Source: Macrostomum lignano
Taxonomy: Eukaryota
Direction: 5' to 3'
DNA length: 64,000 bases
Assembly: GCA_002269645.1 (NCBI GenBank)
Contig: NIVC01002284.1
Span: forward strand, 124,001-188,000
Shown: piece after piece, positions 1 through 12,729 of the stretch
Layout: the number at the start of each line of letters is the position of its first letter
Position numbering within the stretch: position 1 is the stretch's first letter
Notes under the pieces: model-generated
Seen by the model: only the letters and a program-made list of their open reading frames with translations
Database searches by the model: none
What the model was told of the DNA's origin: nothing
Made by a program: the position numbers and the translations under genes

Positions 1-254
1 CTAACGTTACAATTATAAATCAACAATAAAAGCTAAACTATATCGGATAAATTTATTTATTGCACTTATTATTGCAGTACTAGGCTGCATAACAGACCTG
101 TATTTTAAAAACGCTTTAGCAACTTGCTGCAAATTTTCTCGGCTGGCAAAGTTTTTACACCCGTTCATAACTGCTTCTTGTGACTGACTTACTGTAACCG
201 ACTTGATGTGTGAGTATTCAATTATAAGTGCTTCAATTCAGATCATCAGTTCGA

Positions 255-610
255 AGAGAGCTGGACTAGATCTGAACACACTGAACTGCTAATGTAGCGA
301 CCTGGTTTCAAATTTTTAAAGTGTATACATTTTTATCAAAATTATTTTCAATGTCAAGAGCTGTAAACTCCACGAAAAACTAAAGAATAAGGAAGCGTCA
401 TGTCAAACATAAAAAGCGTCATGTCAAACATAAAAAGCGTCATGTCAAACATAAAAAGCGTCATGTCAAACATAAAGGAAGAGTCATGTCAAACATAAAA
501 AGCGTCATGTCAAACATAAAGGAAGAGTCATGTCAAACATAAAAAGCGTCATGTCAAACATAAAAGAAGAGTCATGTCAAACATAAAAGAGGCATCATGT
601 AAAACATGAA
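255..610 (+). mobile_element. Remnant of a non-autonomous Helitron-like element related to the 20-39 kb array, with a 21/23-bp internal repeat
   Basis: CTGCTAATGTAGCGACCTGGTTTCAAAT matches the core at 25916-25945; followed by (AAAAAGCGTCATGTCAAACAT)n, a variant of the array monomer. Termini not seen. Confidence 0.5.
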
Positions 611-884
611 AAAAACCTCGACGCAGCTGGCGTGTCAAGGTATCGACTTTGTCAGACATCAATGGCAAACAGGTTCTGTGCGTTTTATTTTTACTGACGC
701 TCGGACATTGCAAATTTTGCTTTTCTCTCCGTCTCAGGTGCTTTCTACTAGCGAAATTTAACATACACATTTGCCATCGATGTCGGCTTGTTGTCCGGAA
801 TGTACTGTGCATCTGTAGTTACTCTGTCATTTATCCAGAGACTGTAGAAGGGCGCAGTGTGGTCCATCAGCTCAGGTACAGATG

Positions 885-1697
885 CATGTTAATGTTAAGC
901 CTTAAAACTGGCTGTGTCTACAGTGTCCAATGAGACAAATGGCATGTTAATGTTAAGCCTTAAAACTGGCTATGTCTACAGTGTCCAATGAGACAAATGG
1001 CATGTTAATATTAAGCCTTAAAACTGGCTATGTCTACAGTGTCCAATGAGACAAATGGCATGTTAATGTTAAGCCTTAAAACTGGCTATGTCTACAGTGT
1101 CCAATGAGACAAATGGCATGTTAATATTAAGCCTTAAAACTGGCTATGTCTACAGTGTCCAATGAGACAAATGGCATGTTAATGTTAAGCCTTAAAACTG
1201 GCTATGTCTACAGTGTCCAATGAGACAAATGGCATGTTAATATTAAGCCTTAAAACTGGCTATGTCTACAGTGTCCAATGAGACAAATGGCATGTTAATG
1301 TTAAGCCTTAAAACTGGCTATGTCTACAGTGTCCAATGAGACAAATGGCATGTTAATGTTAAGCCTTAAAACTGGCTATGTCTACAGTGTCCAATGAGAC
1401 AAATGCTGGCTAATGTTAAGCCTTAAAACTGGCTATGTCTACAGTGTCCAATGAGACAAATGCTGGCTAATGTTAAGCCTTAAAACTGGCTATGTCTACA
1501 GTGTCCAATGAGACAAATGCTGGCTAATGTTAAGCCTTAAAACTGGCTATGTCTACAGTGTCCAATGAGACAAATGGCATGTTAATATTAAGCCTTAAAA
1601 CTGGCTATGTCTACAGTGTCCAATGAGACAAATGCTGGCTAATGTTGAGCCTTAAAACTGGCTATGTCTACAGTGTCCAATGAGACAAATGCTGGCT
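885..1697. repeat. 58-bp minisatellite, about 14 copies
   Basis: Unit CATGTTAATGTTAAGCCTTAAAACTGGCTATGTCTACAGTGTCCAATGAGACAAATGG. Confidence 0.95.
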
Positions 1698-1741
1698 AAA
1701 AGAGCTGGCGTGTAATTGGTGATTGCAGCGCTTCAAAAAGA

Positions 1742-1744
<3 letters not shown>

Positions 1745-1772
<28 letters not shown>
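1745..1772. repeat. (TA)n microsatellite
   Basis: Direct reading. Confidence 0.95.
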
Positions 1773-1775
<3 letters not shown>

Positions 1776-1834
1776 GCATAACGCAGTGGAGCGCCAATCC
1801 AGCAAGTTCTGATAAAACAGCAGCATATTTTGCA

Positions 1835-3141
1835 ATGTTAGTTGGTGTAATATCGCTATTGTTTTTGTGCTACCCAGCTGTAGCATGCGAGCAATGCTCT
1901 GCCGTGTATGAGCTTCTGACCAACACCTGTCCGAGTGCTCTGTCTGGCCTGGAGCCCGCGACCGCTGCGGTCGAGTCCGAGTGCGTGCTGCACTGCACTC
2001 TGAATAGTTGGTGCCGACTGTCTGTGTACCTGACAGACAGTGGTGCCTGCTACAGCCTGCCTAACGTGACTTTAGTGACTGGCAGCTGCGGCCTGGTGCG
2101 AAGGAAACTGGCCATCTTTTCCGGTGAGCTTTTAGCATGGCAGTTGATGCAGACATATTTGTCTCGCACAATATGTGTGAGAATAATGTGTGAACTATCA
2201 TCATTTCAGACGCATCAACGTCTGCAACTGCCTCAACGATCGGATCAACTGGTTCCACGACCAGCTCGACCAGCGCAACTGGGACTCAATCTCCAGTCAC
2301 TGTAGCATCGACCACAATGATGCAGAGTGTCACCACGGCTGCCATTTCGTCCGGATTGTCGAACCTGAGCTTCGCCTCAAGCGTACTGCTTTGGTACAAC
2401 TTTCGAAAGGGTTTTATGAACCTGGCGAACCCGGGCCATTTCGATGCCTCACCTTTTGGTGTTGCAGATCAGGATGCACTCAAAGGAGTTCGCCTCAACG
2501 GGTCCTCCGGTTCCTATCTCGAGATTCATTCGACCAACTTTTTCAAAAATTTTAAATCAGGGAAAAGCTTCAGCTTCTTTTTTCAAGGGACTTTTGCTAA
2601 CAACGCCTCGTGAGTTTTCTGCGAATTCAATACTAATATAATGTATTCGAAATTTTAACGCGTTATTACTCATTATTAACCACACAGCGGTTGCATACAT
2701 TGCAGGCTTCGATGCATCAGTTCGTTTAGCAGCTGCTCGTACAACACCACCGTCAGCCACTTCAGCACTGACATCGCTGCCAGGATTTACTCCAAGACCT
2801 ACTTTTCAGACGGCTCCGAAGAATTCGCGTCTGTGGGCGCAGAAGCAGCTCTTCCGAACAACGGTTCTGAGCAAGTCCACTCTATTGGACTGGCCTTTAT
2901 TGGAGAGGATAATGAGTACCTGGACGAGTGGTACATGAACGGAAGTTTCTACGACACGGAATCACCGAACAAAGACGGCGACAGTCCAGCCGCCAACTCG
3001 ACCTTCGACTGCCTGCGCATCGGCAACTGCTTCAGCGCCGGCCCTCGGCCCTACAACGGCTGGCTGCAGTGCTGGGGCTTCGTCAACGGCACCCTCGGCC
3101 TGTCCGAGTTTAACGGCCTTCGCCACTTGTGCAACTCTTAG
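1835..3141 (+). CDS. Secreted protein: signal peptide, PAN/apple-like Cys domain, Ser/Thr linker, LamG/pentraxin-like domain (exons 1835-2123, 2210-2609, 2688-3141)
   Basis: Two GT-AG introns (phases 1 and 2) join the 1835, 2317 and 2833 ORFs in frame; hydrophobic N-terminus; CVLHC..WC..CY PAN pattern; LRIG..YNGWLQ C-terminal LamG-like pattern. Confidence 0.75.
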
Positions 3142-3170
3142 ACTGCGCGCTCTGAATCCACGGCGCAGCC

Positions 3171-3244
3171 AGAATGGCCAGAACTTTGTAAGAATGGTCA
3201 GAACTTTGTAAGAATGGCCAGAACTTTGTAAGAATGGCCAGAAC
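3171..3244. repeat. 20-bp tandem repeat, about 4 copies
   Basis: (AGAATGGCCAGAACTTTGTA)n. Confidence 0.85.
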
Positions 3245-4575
3245 CTCTATCGCTAAAATAGCATAGAATTGTCAACAGGCGTCCAAAGCGTCTTGAAAAT
3301 GTAAATCAGTGAGTGAATCCAGTTGTTAGGCAAATAGCAAAGAATTGTAACAGCTTGGTAGATGCTAGGAAAAAAATCTGATAGAAGTGCAGAGAAAACG
3401 TGATGTAGAAATGATGCGGTACTGCTGACAGTTGCTAAGTTTGAGAAGCAGTCTAAGAAGTCCTCCCTTAACTCTTATACAACTGCCTAGCTGTCTATCC
3501 TTGCAGTCTTACTTTCTTTTCTATTTCTTGATTTTCTTTTCATCTATCTGCAGTTTTCATTGTTTGCTGAGATAATTGAAGAAACTTTGAAGAAAACATT
3601 TGCTGCTCCCAAAATCGATTTCTAAGACTGAGCAAAGTGAAACAAAGGCCTGCAACAGTTATTGCGGCAAACGAAGGCTCCGTTCTGCTTGTCTGCTTCC
3701 CTACAATAGAGCGACTTTTCTCTAGTTGGGAACAATTTTCATCATCAAGGATGCTGAGCTTCCGATCACGGGGCTATAAATTTCAATCGATCGTTCTGAA
3801 AAAGCTTTCCCAAGTCAAAGTATCCGGAGGCCGTTAAACACACGAGAGACTCCAGGCGGGTCTGTGGCTGTTGAATCCGACATGCACAAAACTGAAGCAG
3901 TGGAGGGAGCTGTTGCAGTAGATCAAAAAGCTTCTTTTCAAAGCCAGCTGTTTTAGTAGTTTTTTTGTTCTGGTCACACTGATTGATTTATTTACCAGAT
4001 TACCCAATCCAGAATTTTTATAATTAACGCCAGTCTATATTTTTAGCGCCTCGCATTCTGCCGTTTTGTTATTTTTTCTTATTCTGCAATCGTGTTGAGT
4101 TTCCAACTGTTTTTACGCACAGCGCGATCTAAAAGTCACGCATGCCAGGTTTTTAATTCTGAGTTTGGACAAAAAATGGTGTTGACAAAAACGGATCCCT
4201 GACTTGACCTGATCCTGATTGACAGCCTTTTAAGCACGCACAGATGTTGTTGGTATTTTTTGCCAAGCTGGTAGTACGTGTTCCTCTTTACAAACCATTC
4301 ATTCTATTTGCTATGCTTTAAATCTGCTCACTTTTCTCGATTTCCTTAGATAGATATAAACATGCGTAATTATGCATATTTGCCTTCTTATCGTCAGCGA
4401 ACTATCCTGTTAAGTCTTAATATAATATGCCTATTTTGTAGCCCAGTCCCTTCTGTCGGCTCTTGAATTTAAAGTAGTGAAAACCAGACACTCATATTCT
4501 AAAAAACTCTACCTTAAATTAATTTATACGTGACTGAATCAATTGCGACTAGCGAGCCCTGGCTGTGAAACAAAC

Positions 4576-4735
4576 ATGACGTGATGCAAATCGGACTGCT
4601 TCTCAGCAGCAGAATCATGGAGTAAAAATTTCACTTCACAATTTTCCTGCTGATGAGGAACTATTGGCTACAGAATCCATCCCGTAGATCTTCGGGCACA
4701 GGAAAAAACTGACTGGTATGGTACGGCAGTTTTAT
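4576..4735 (+). pseudogene. Degenerate THAP zinc-finger remnant
   Basis: Across frames: MT*CKSDC, KISLHNFPADEEL, WLQN; resembles the THAP C-x-C...LHxFP...W pattern; has stops and frameshifts. Confidence 0.35.
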
Positions 4736-4794
4736 ATGAGAGTTTCTGTTCCAGATGCTAAGGTCTACATTTCTAGGGCGCGGCCTGCTGTGCA

Positions 4795-5718
4795 CTCTGA
4801 TGTGCCTGATGTGCCTGATGTATGGTCTGATGTGCCTGATGTACCTGATGTGCCTAATGTATGGTCTGATGTGCCTGATGTACCTGATGTGCCTAATGTA
4901 TGGTCTGATGTGCCTGATGTGCCTGATGTGCTTGAGGTGCCTAATGTATGGTCTGATGTGCCTGATGTGCCTAATGTATGTTCTGATGTGCCTGATGTGC
5001 CTGATGTGCTTGAGGTGCCTAATGTATGGTCTGATGTGCCTGAGGTGCCTAATGTATGGTCTGATGTGCCTGATGTGCCTGATGTGCTTGAGGTGCCTAA
5101 TGTATGGTCTGATGTACCTGATGTGCCTAATGTATGGTCTGATGTGCCTGATGTACCTGATGTGCCTAATGTATGGTCTGATGTGCCTGATGTGCCTGAT
5201 GTGCTTGAGGTGCCTAATGTATGGTCTGATGTGCCTGATGTGCCTAATGTATGTTCTGATGTGCCTGATGTGCTGATGGTGCTTGAGGTGCCTAATGTAT
5301 GTCTGATGTGCCTGAGGTGCCTAATGTATGGTCTGATGTGCCTGATGTGCCTGATGTGCTTGAGGTGCCTAATGTATGGTCTGATGTACCTGATGTGCCT
5401 AATGTATGGTCTGATGTGCCTGATGTACCTGATGTGCCTAATGTATGGTCTGATGTGCCTGATGTGCCTGATGTGCTTGAGGTGCCTAATGTATGGTCTG
5501 ATGTGCCTGATGTGCCTAATGTATGTTCTGATGTGCCTGATGTGCCTGGTGTGCCTAATGTATGGTCTGATGTGCCTGATGTACCTGATGTGCCTAATGT
5601 ATGGTCTGATGTGCCTGATGTGCCTGATGTGCCTAATGTATGGTCTGATGTACCTGATGTGCCTAATGTATGCTCTGATGTGCCTGATGCACGCTCTGAT
5701 GTGCCTGATGTGCCTTAT
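4795..5718. repeat. 9-bp-based minisatellite (GATGTGCCT) with 27-45 bp higher-order units
   Basis: Direct reading; produces spurious periodic ORFs. Confidence 0.95.
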
Positions 5719-5721
5719 GTG

Positions 5722-6026
5722 CGCTCTAGTGTTGGCCTGGTGTGCACTCTGATGGCACAGGCTCGATTCCAAGTTCTGTCACATTAATCTGGGGGCTAAA
5801 TCAGAATCTCCGCTTGGGTCTGCTCGTACAATTAATTACAATTAATTGAGGAGCCAAAGCACAGTGAAGTGAACATGCCTAACGGCCCCTGTACACTCCT
5901 GTGTGTCCGCGCGCTTTTGTGCCTGCTCAGGGGAGTCGGCAGAATGGGCTGTAATGCCTCGCCGGTTGTGTGAAATGTCGCTTGAAGTGCGCCAGGGTGC
6001 ACACAGCCCCCGGCTCTAATAAAAAA
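5722..6026 (+). mobile_element. tRNA-derived SINE, diverged copy
   Basis: Homologous over about 270 bp to 15380-15696 (CAGGCTCGATTCCAAG ... CTCTAATAAAAAA). Confidence 0.7.
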
Positions 6027-7023
6027 TCACTTCGTTCACTTCGATTTCCTTCTCAGTATTCTACTAATCAGTAGTATAGACGTTATATTTTCATTCTTCT
6101 TTCCACTTTTCTTCCCTTTTACGATTCTCCATTATTTTCTTGAAACCACACCAGGCTAGACTCGTCTTCTTTGCTAATCTCTGAATCTAGTCGCGCCGGG
6201 CGGATCTTGGAAAAGCTCTGGTCCTGGACAAATTGTTGTCTATCTGTTTTAATTTTTTGACTCGCTTAGAAAATAATTATTCGTTCCATTATGAAAATGG
6301 TGCCTGAATTTGAAAATTATGAAAATCTAATTTGTGAATAGTAATTTTATTAATTGCGAGAAGAACGCCTTCCGCAATATTCTTTTAAGTTGTCTTGTCT
6401 ACAGAAAAGTACATCAATGCACTTTCGAATGCTACGAGCGTAGCTACTCAATTGAATAAAGATTTCAACTGGATTCGACCTTCAACCATCAGACTAAAAA
6501 CAACTGAACTCATTTTCAACAAACGCAGCTATTTCTACTTATAGTAGTTCGTAGCAAAATAGTGCAGTTTGTATCTACGTGTACTGTTTCGCTATAACTG
6601 CTTCATTATTCTGACCATTTGTATAATATACTGTCACCCAAACACCATCACACATGACTTCTTTCCACACGTTTATTATTCATCAACTCTTCTTACATTG
6701 GCCTGAAAAAGGTGGAATAATGGCCACGAATGTGTGGAATATTGGCCTTAAATGTGTGGCATCTGTGGCTGGACAAAATGCAGATAAATGCACTTGTTTA
6801 GCATGCAGCTTGACTGGAAAACTCGACGCTAACGCGCGCTCGTATTTCGGCTCGAGCTCGGCTACATGCCTGCCATTGGCTGAGCTCTTCTACCCAATCA
6901 AATTCTGTTCGCGCATTTAAACCGCTCTCACTCGTAATTTTCTCTCCGTTTCGCTCAAGCCTCTCCAAATGAGATCGAAAGCTGCCCCTACAGTTTGCTC
7001 AGCTTGTGCTGTCTGAGTTGAAA

Positions 7024-10000
7024 ATGCTCCAGACAATTCTGTTGCTGCTCATGCAGACTGCTGGCAAGTATGCGGAACAGAGAGACAATGACTGCTCATC
7101 TCAGCTCAGCGCAGCCATATTAAATGGCAACATTGAAACCGTGGACAGTTGCCTGGTCAGACATGTCGACGTCAACAGGCTCGCGCCATTCAAAGGCAGC
7201 TGGCTGGCTCCTGTGCATCTCGCGTGTGCATTCGGACAGAGGGAGATTCTCGATAAGCTAATAAAAGCAGAAGCCGATGTTGACCTTCAACTCAGCAACG
7301 GGATGTCGGCCCTCTTCATCGCGTCTGGTAATGGGCAGGTGGAAGTTGTGGACTTGCTCATCAAGGCTCAGGCGATGTGAATCTTCGGGAAGCAAGCGGG
7401 CGCTCGGCCCTCAACGTCGCCTCACAAGAGGGCCATTTCCAGGTAGTGGAATCCCTGATCAAAGCGCATGCGGACCCCAACTTACAAGACAATGCAGGCT
7501 ATTCACCTGTTTTTATCGCATTGCATTGCGGGCACCAGAGAGTGGTGAAGTCCCTGCTTAAAGCGAGTGCGGATCCCAACTTGGGCAGGAAAGATGGTGT
7601 CTCATCTTTGCACATCGCATCGCAACTGGGCGCTAAAGATGCGATGCAACTTCTTGTCAAAGCACTCGTGGATCTTGACATTCAGGAAGCACATGGCTGC
7701 ACACCTCTTTACTTGGCATCGCAGAGCAACAGCATGGAAGTAGCGAACTGCCTACTGACCGCACAGGCGGATCCGAATCTCCAGGTCGTTAGTGGAATTT
7801 CACCTCTGGCATTCGCAGCTCAGAAAGGCGGCTGTCGGGTAATTGAGGCGCTCTTGAAAGGGCGCGCTAATGTCGACATTCAAGAAGTCTATGGGCGCGC
7901 GCCGCTGTACGTTGCCTCCGAAAATGGCCATCACCAAATTGTAGACTTACTCATCAAGTCTCAAGCAAGCATCGATCTTCAAGAATTGAGGGGTCGGACG
8001 CCTCTCTACATTGCAGCAGAAAATGGTCACGAACGGGTGGTAAATTTTCTTATTGAGGCGCAAGCCGATTTAAACCTGCAAGAAATTGAAGGGTGCTCGC
8101 CTCTCTTCATTGCCTCACAGCAGGGGCATCACCGAGTTGTCATTAAGGCGCAGGCTGACGTCAATTTGCAGGGAATCGGCGGAGGATCGCCTCTCTTCAT
8201 AGCATCGCAGAATGGTCATTGGGAGTGGCTGAATCTCTCATAAATCAGAATGCCGACGTCAACCTGCTAACAGACGAGGGAATATCACCGCTTTATATCG
8301 CCGTGCAGAATGGCTACTACAGGATAGCTAAACAACTGATTGAGGCCGATGCCAAAGTCGATCTTCAAGAGAAGCACGGTCGCTCTGCGCTTCACATTGC
8401 AGCTCATTCCGGTCAACGCCTAGCGGTAGAGCTGCTCATCAAAGGCCAGGCTGATGTCAACCTTCGTGAAAGCGACGGATCTTCACCTCTATTTGCGGCA
8501 GCATTGCGGGGACACCACAGTGTAGTAAGCGCTCTTATCGAAGCTAAGTCAGAAGTCGATTGCGTGCAAAGGGACGGTGCAACTTCGCTCTTTGTTGCCT
8601 GTCAAAATGGTTTTATAGAAGTAGCGCGTTCGCTAATCAAAGCTCGGGCTGATGTCAATCTCCAGAGAGACAATGGTGCATCGCCACTCTACACTGCCTC
8701 CGAAAACGGACATACTGCAGTGATTGAATTGCTGATCATGGCGCAGGCTGATATTAATCTTCAAAGGAAAAACCGCATGTCGCCACTGTACATTGCTTCT
8801 CAAAATGGAAATTGGCAAGCGGTGGACTTTCTAATCAAAGCGCTCGCTAATGTCGATGCCGTCAGTGACACTGGGTCTTCACCTATTTTCACCGCTTCTC
8901 AAAATGGCCATCATCGAGTAGTGCACTTACTTATTAAGGCTAATGCAAGTGCTAATCAACAACTCCTCAATGGCTGCTCTCCCCTGTACGCTGCATCGGA
9001 AAGCGGTCATCGGCAGGTCGTTGGGCTGTTAATTAAGGCTCAAGCCGACGCCAACTTGCCCAGTAGGAATGGCTGCTCACCTCTTTTCGTGGCATCGCAG
9101 AACGGCCACGAGCAAGTAGTAAAACTGCTTATAGAAGCCGGGGCCGTCGTTAATCTTCAAGACATCGAAGGACGCTCAGCCCTCTTCATTTCCTCACAGC
9201 AGGGTCATCATCAAATAGTGGAAAACCTCATCAAAGCAGAAGCTGATCTAAATGCTCAAGATTTTCAAGGCTGTTCACCCCTATACATCGCATCGCAGCA
9301 AGGGCATTCAAAAGTTGCACTTTCGCTGATAAAGGCAAACGCGGACGTGAACCAGCAAAAGCATGACGGAGTGACGCCACTTCATATCGCATCACAGAAC
9401 GGTTTCGCTGAAATCGTGGAAGCCCTGCTCGAGGCAAGAGCAGAAGTCGGTCTTTTATCTGAATCAGGTCAGTCGGCTCTAACGGCTGCATTTCATGGTG
9501 GCCATCGCGCTGTGATGTCTCTACTGATCAAGTCAATGGGAGGCAGGATAGTTCCCAATACAGGTAGTGTCGTCTCTAAAACAGGCTCCGCTAATTTCTT
9601 TGATGAGTTACTTTCGGGGTGAGTTTATTGCGAGCGTACATACTCGTACAAACACGATTAAAACGGGTTAATTTCCATCTCCTAGCAAACTTTGCTCACT
9701 TGATAATCCTCTTCATTTTTCAGGTCGGCTCTCGTTGAATACCGACTGAGCCAGCGGCTCTCTTCTGCTCTGTGTAAGTCAGGATTTGTTGATTCCAGAG
9801 CCGCCCTACAGAGTGCAATCGCCGATGTCTTGCAAGCAATACTGCAGAATCGGCGGTCGGACAAGTCCTTTGTTGTCGGAAGCTACTCAGAAGGCTGGGG
9901 TAACAATCTGAAGACGCTGGATGGCCGGACGGACTCGGAGTCCGATATTGACGTGATGAGTCTAATTCCTGGTAGGCTGTACCATCTGAGGGGCATCTGC

Positions 10001-11595
10001 AGTGCTGATTGTAGCGATGCGAATGAGCGCGTAGATTACATTAACGGACACGTAAAAATACCAGGATATGGTAAATAAGCAAACAATTTGTGTTGAAACC
10101 AGCAGTATCTGAGTAAAATTTCTGCAGTAGAATTTTCGTTTACATTTTAGCCTCCAGCCCAGCGACCCCCTTTCACGGATCTTCACTCAAGCCAGCCGTG
10201 GATCAGGTCGATGCCAGCCGTCTCTGCCGCTACCCGCCCATCGCTCCTCTTCAGCCTGACAGAGTCATCAAATCCAACATCCCTCAGCACCTACTGGAGT
10301 CACTGAGGCAGGAGCTGCTGGCTTCGCCATGCCACGTGGTCCATGCTGCTTCTCCAGGTCAAGACGGCGAACAGCTTCGTGTGAGCACCACATTCCTAGA
10401 GAAGCGAATGCTCAGAAGTCTCTCCACCCTACAGGGCCAGCTATTTATCGTACTAAAGTATTTGATCAAGAAGATTATTTCAAATAAATACGGCTTTAAC
10501 GTGGCCGGATTCAAGTCTTATCATGCCAAAACTATCACATTCCGAATGGTGGAGGAAACACCAAGTGAACTGTGGAAGCCAGAAAACCTCTTGAGCCTCG
10601 TGAGAAGATCGCTGCACATGCTACTTGACTGTGTGGAAAGCAGTCAAACCCCCGATAATGCTCATGGCCGGGTCATGAACCACTTCTTTCTGTGCAATGC
10701 AGACATTTACCTAAAGGGAGTGGAGCAGAAGGGTAGTGGTGTGAGCACAGTTTTTGAAAAAGCCGCAGTTACCCTGAAAATTGTGATCGACTACCTGCCT
10801 CAGCTGCTGCTTCAGTTCCAAAGCAGTCTGAAGCCGGCCAGCAACTCCGGCAGGTTCTACTTTCACCCGTTCCTCCTCTTGCCACATTTCTGCATGTCCC
10901 AGAGACCCGCGTTGAGTTCTGGCAGCCTTGAATTTCACGAGATCTACGATGTGGTCAGAGAAGCCATCGAGCGACTTTCTCACGGAGACTGTGGCAAGGA
11001 GTACCAAGAGACTCTCACGGCACTGCTTGCCAGACTGCCAGACTGCGCCTTCTCAGCTCGAGAAGCACTCAGAATTGTTGCCAGTCTGAAATTCGGCTAC
11101 CGAAGCACCGCGAAGAGAATCATTGACAACTGCAGGGGCCATGTAGTGAGCCGCGGCATCGACTGGTCCACTGAAAGGACCGCAACTGCCGCCACCGTTG
11201 AGTTCGTGTGGCGACATATGAAAAGTCGAGACTCACTGTGGAGATTTTGCTTTGAATTCAGCCAGCGACCGGCATTTGTGAGAGAATTGTCTGCGGATAT
11301 CTCAGAGTGCTTTCCCATCAGGATGAGCAACTACGAGACATATTTCTATGTGAACTTCGACGCTCTGCTGCAGTCGCTTCGCCTGGAGTTGTGTGGAGTT
11401 GGTGACGCGGATGCGCTGGACTGGATCCGGGATGTGGCCCGGCGTGAGGATGCGGATGAGCAGGAGCTGCTATCAGCTGCTCTCTACTCACCGGACTCCG
11501 AGCAGGTAGCGTCACTAACATTGAAGCTGAGACACCTGGTCGGCCCAGTTCCCGCCTGGTTTCTGGACCGCCTGGCAACCAAATGGTGGCTGTAG
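7024..11595 (+). CDS. Ankyrin-repeat (about 24 repeats) + cGAS-like/Mab-21 nucleotidyltransferase (cGLR-like); exons about 7024-9618, 9724-10070, 10151-11595; two apparent -1 frameshifts near 7375 and 8220
   Basis: 33-aa GxSPLxIASQNGH repeats; in-frame GT-AG joins (phases 2 and 1); VGSYSEG...SDIDVM NTase motif; LRVSTTFLEKRML...LKYLIKK...KSYHAKTITF...W...NHFF Mab-21 helical motifs. Confidence 0.8.
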
Positions 11596-12729
11596 AGTTT
11601 GAATATGTAGAGATCGAACTGCGGTCTGTTGGCAGCGCTCTTTTGGTGACGCTCTTGTGATCATACGGTTAACTGATTTCTTCTTTAAAAAAGACATGTT
11701 TTCCTTCAGAAATTCCCTGTTTAAAATGCCAACATTCTCCTTTAACAACTGAAAACCCCTGTAGAGTTGTAGATGGTAGACATCCTCATCCAAAAAGAAC
11801 AGTGTACATGTACAGATGCATGTACATGAAGATTTCACGCGTCAGACTAATGCGCATATGTGGATACTTGTATATCTATTTTTTTATTTCGCTTCCTATT
11901 CCCCGGCGCCCCAGCTACAATTTCCCAAATCCTTAGTGCATGTGCACTACAGTACAGTATTTGCACCAGCGCTTGTAATTGCTTTAAACTCGCGTCATTT
12001 TCTAATGACGACTGGAGCATTGCGGCAGTGCGGCCTGAGTTGGAGTAGCTGCTCGCCAATGCGTAAACAGGTAGAGTTTTTATGTACATTCATACTGTGC
12101 CTTCTGTGAGTATAGTACAGCAAAACGAAAAGCCATGAGCGCTGTTTCGAACCTTATAATTAGAGCAGCTCACAAGAGTACAGCAAACTCAGTCTAAAGT
12201 TATAGAAACATTTGCTGCTATACGTACGCAGCTGGGCAGACTGACGCTCAGGCGGCAGGGTAAGAGCTGCACTGCATCACCATGATCGATAAGCCATAGG
12301 CGTAGGGTGATGGCATGGAGTTGCAGGTACATTTGAGCCCCATGATACCGTGTGCACGGTGCAGCTCTTTAACTGGTGCATGTACTCAGTGCTTGCTCTT
12401 GCTGCAAAGTTAAACACTTGTATACTAGGGTACTGTAGCTATAGCAGAGTGCCGACACTGACTAGTGGCGAGAAATCCGAAAGTTGCACTATTATGCATG
12501 TAGCTGCTGTACGCGAATGCACATGTGTGGCTTCGGGTACATGTAGGTCTCATGTACATGCACTAATTTTAATGTCCCTAACCATGTACCTGCAGTTCAG
12601 GGAAGCAGCCAGACTGACAAAAAACCGAGAACTCAAACCGCTCCTGGCCTATCGCCATTTCGAATCTCACTTTTGGACACATTTCAAAGCTTACATACGC
12701 AACAGCATGTAATAAAATGTTTCTATCCC

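Noticed and set aside
885-1697. CRISPR-like regular arrays (also 12730-13552 and 55930-56668)
   Set aside because: No unique spacers and no cas genes; eukaryotic context.
4718-5787. Long ORFs with DVPDVPNVWS / MCLMCL / HIRHIR periodicity
   Set aside because: Open in several frames on both strands; a by-product of the 9-bp minisatellite.
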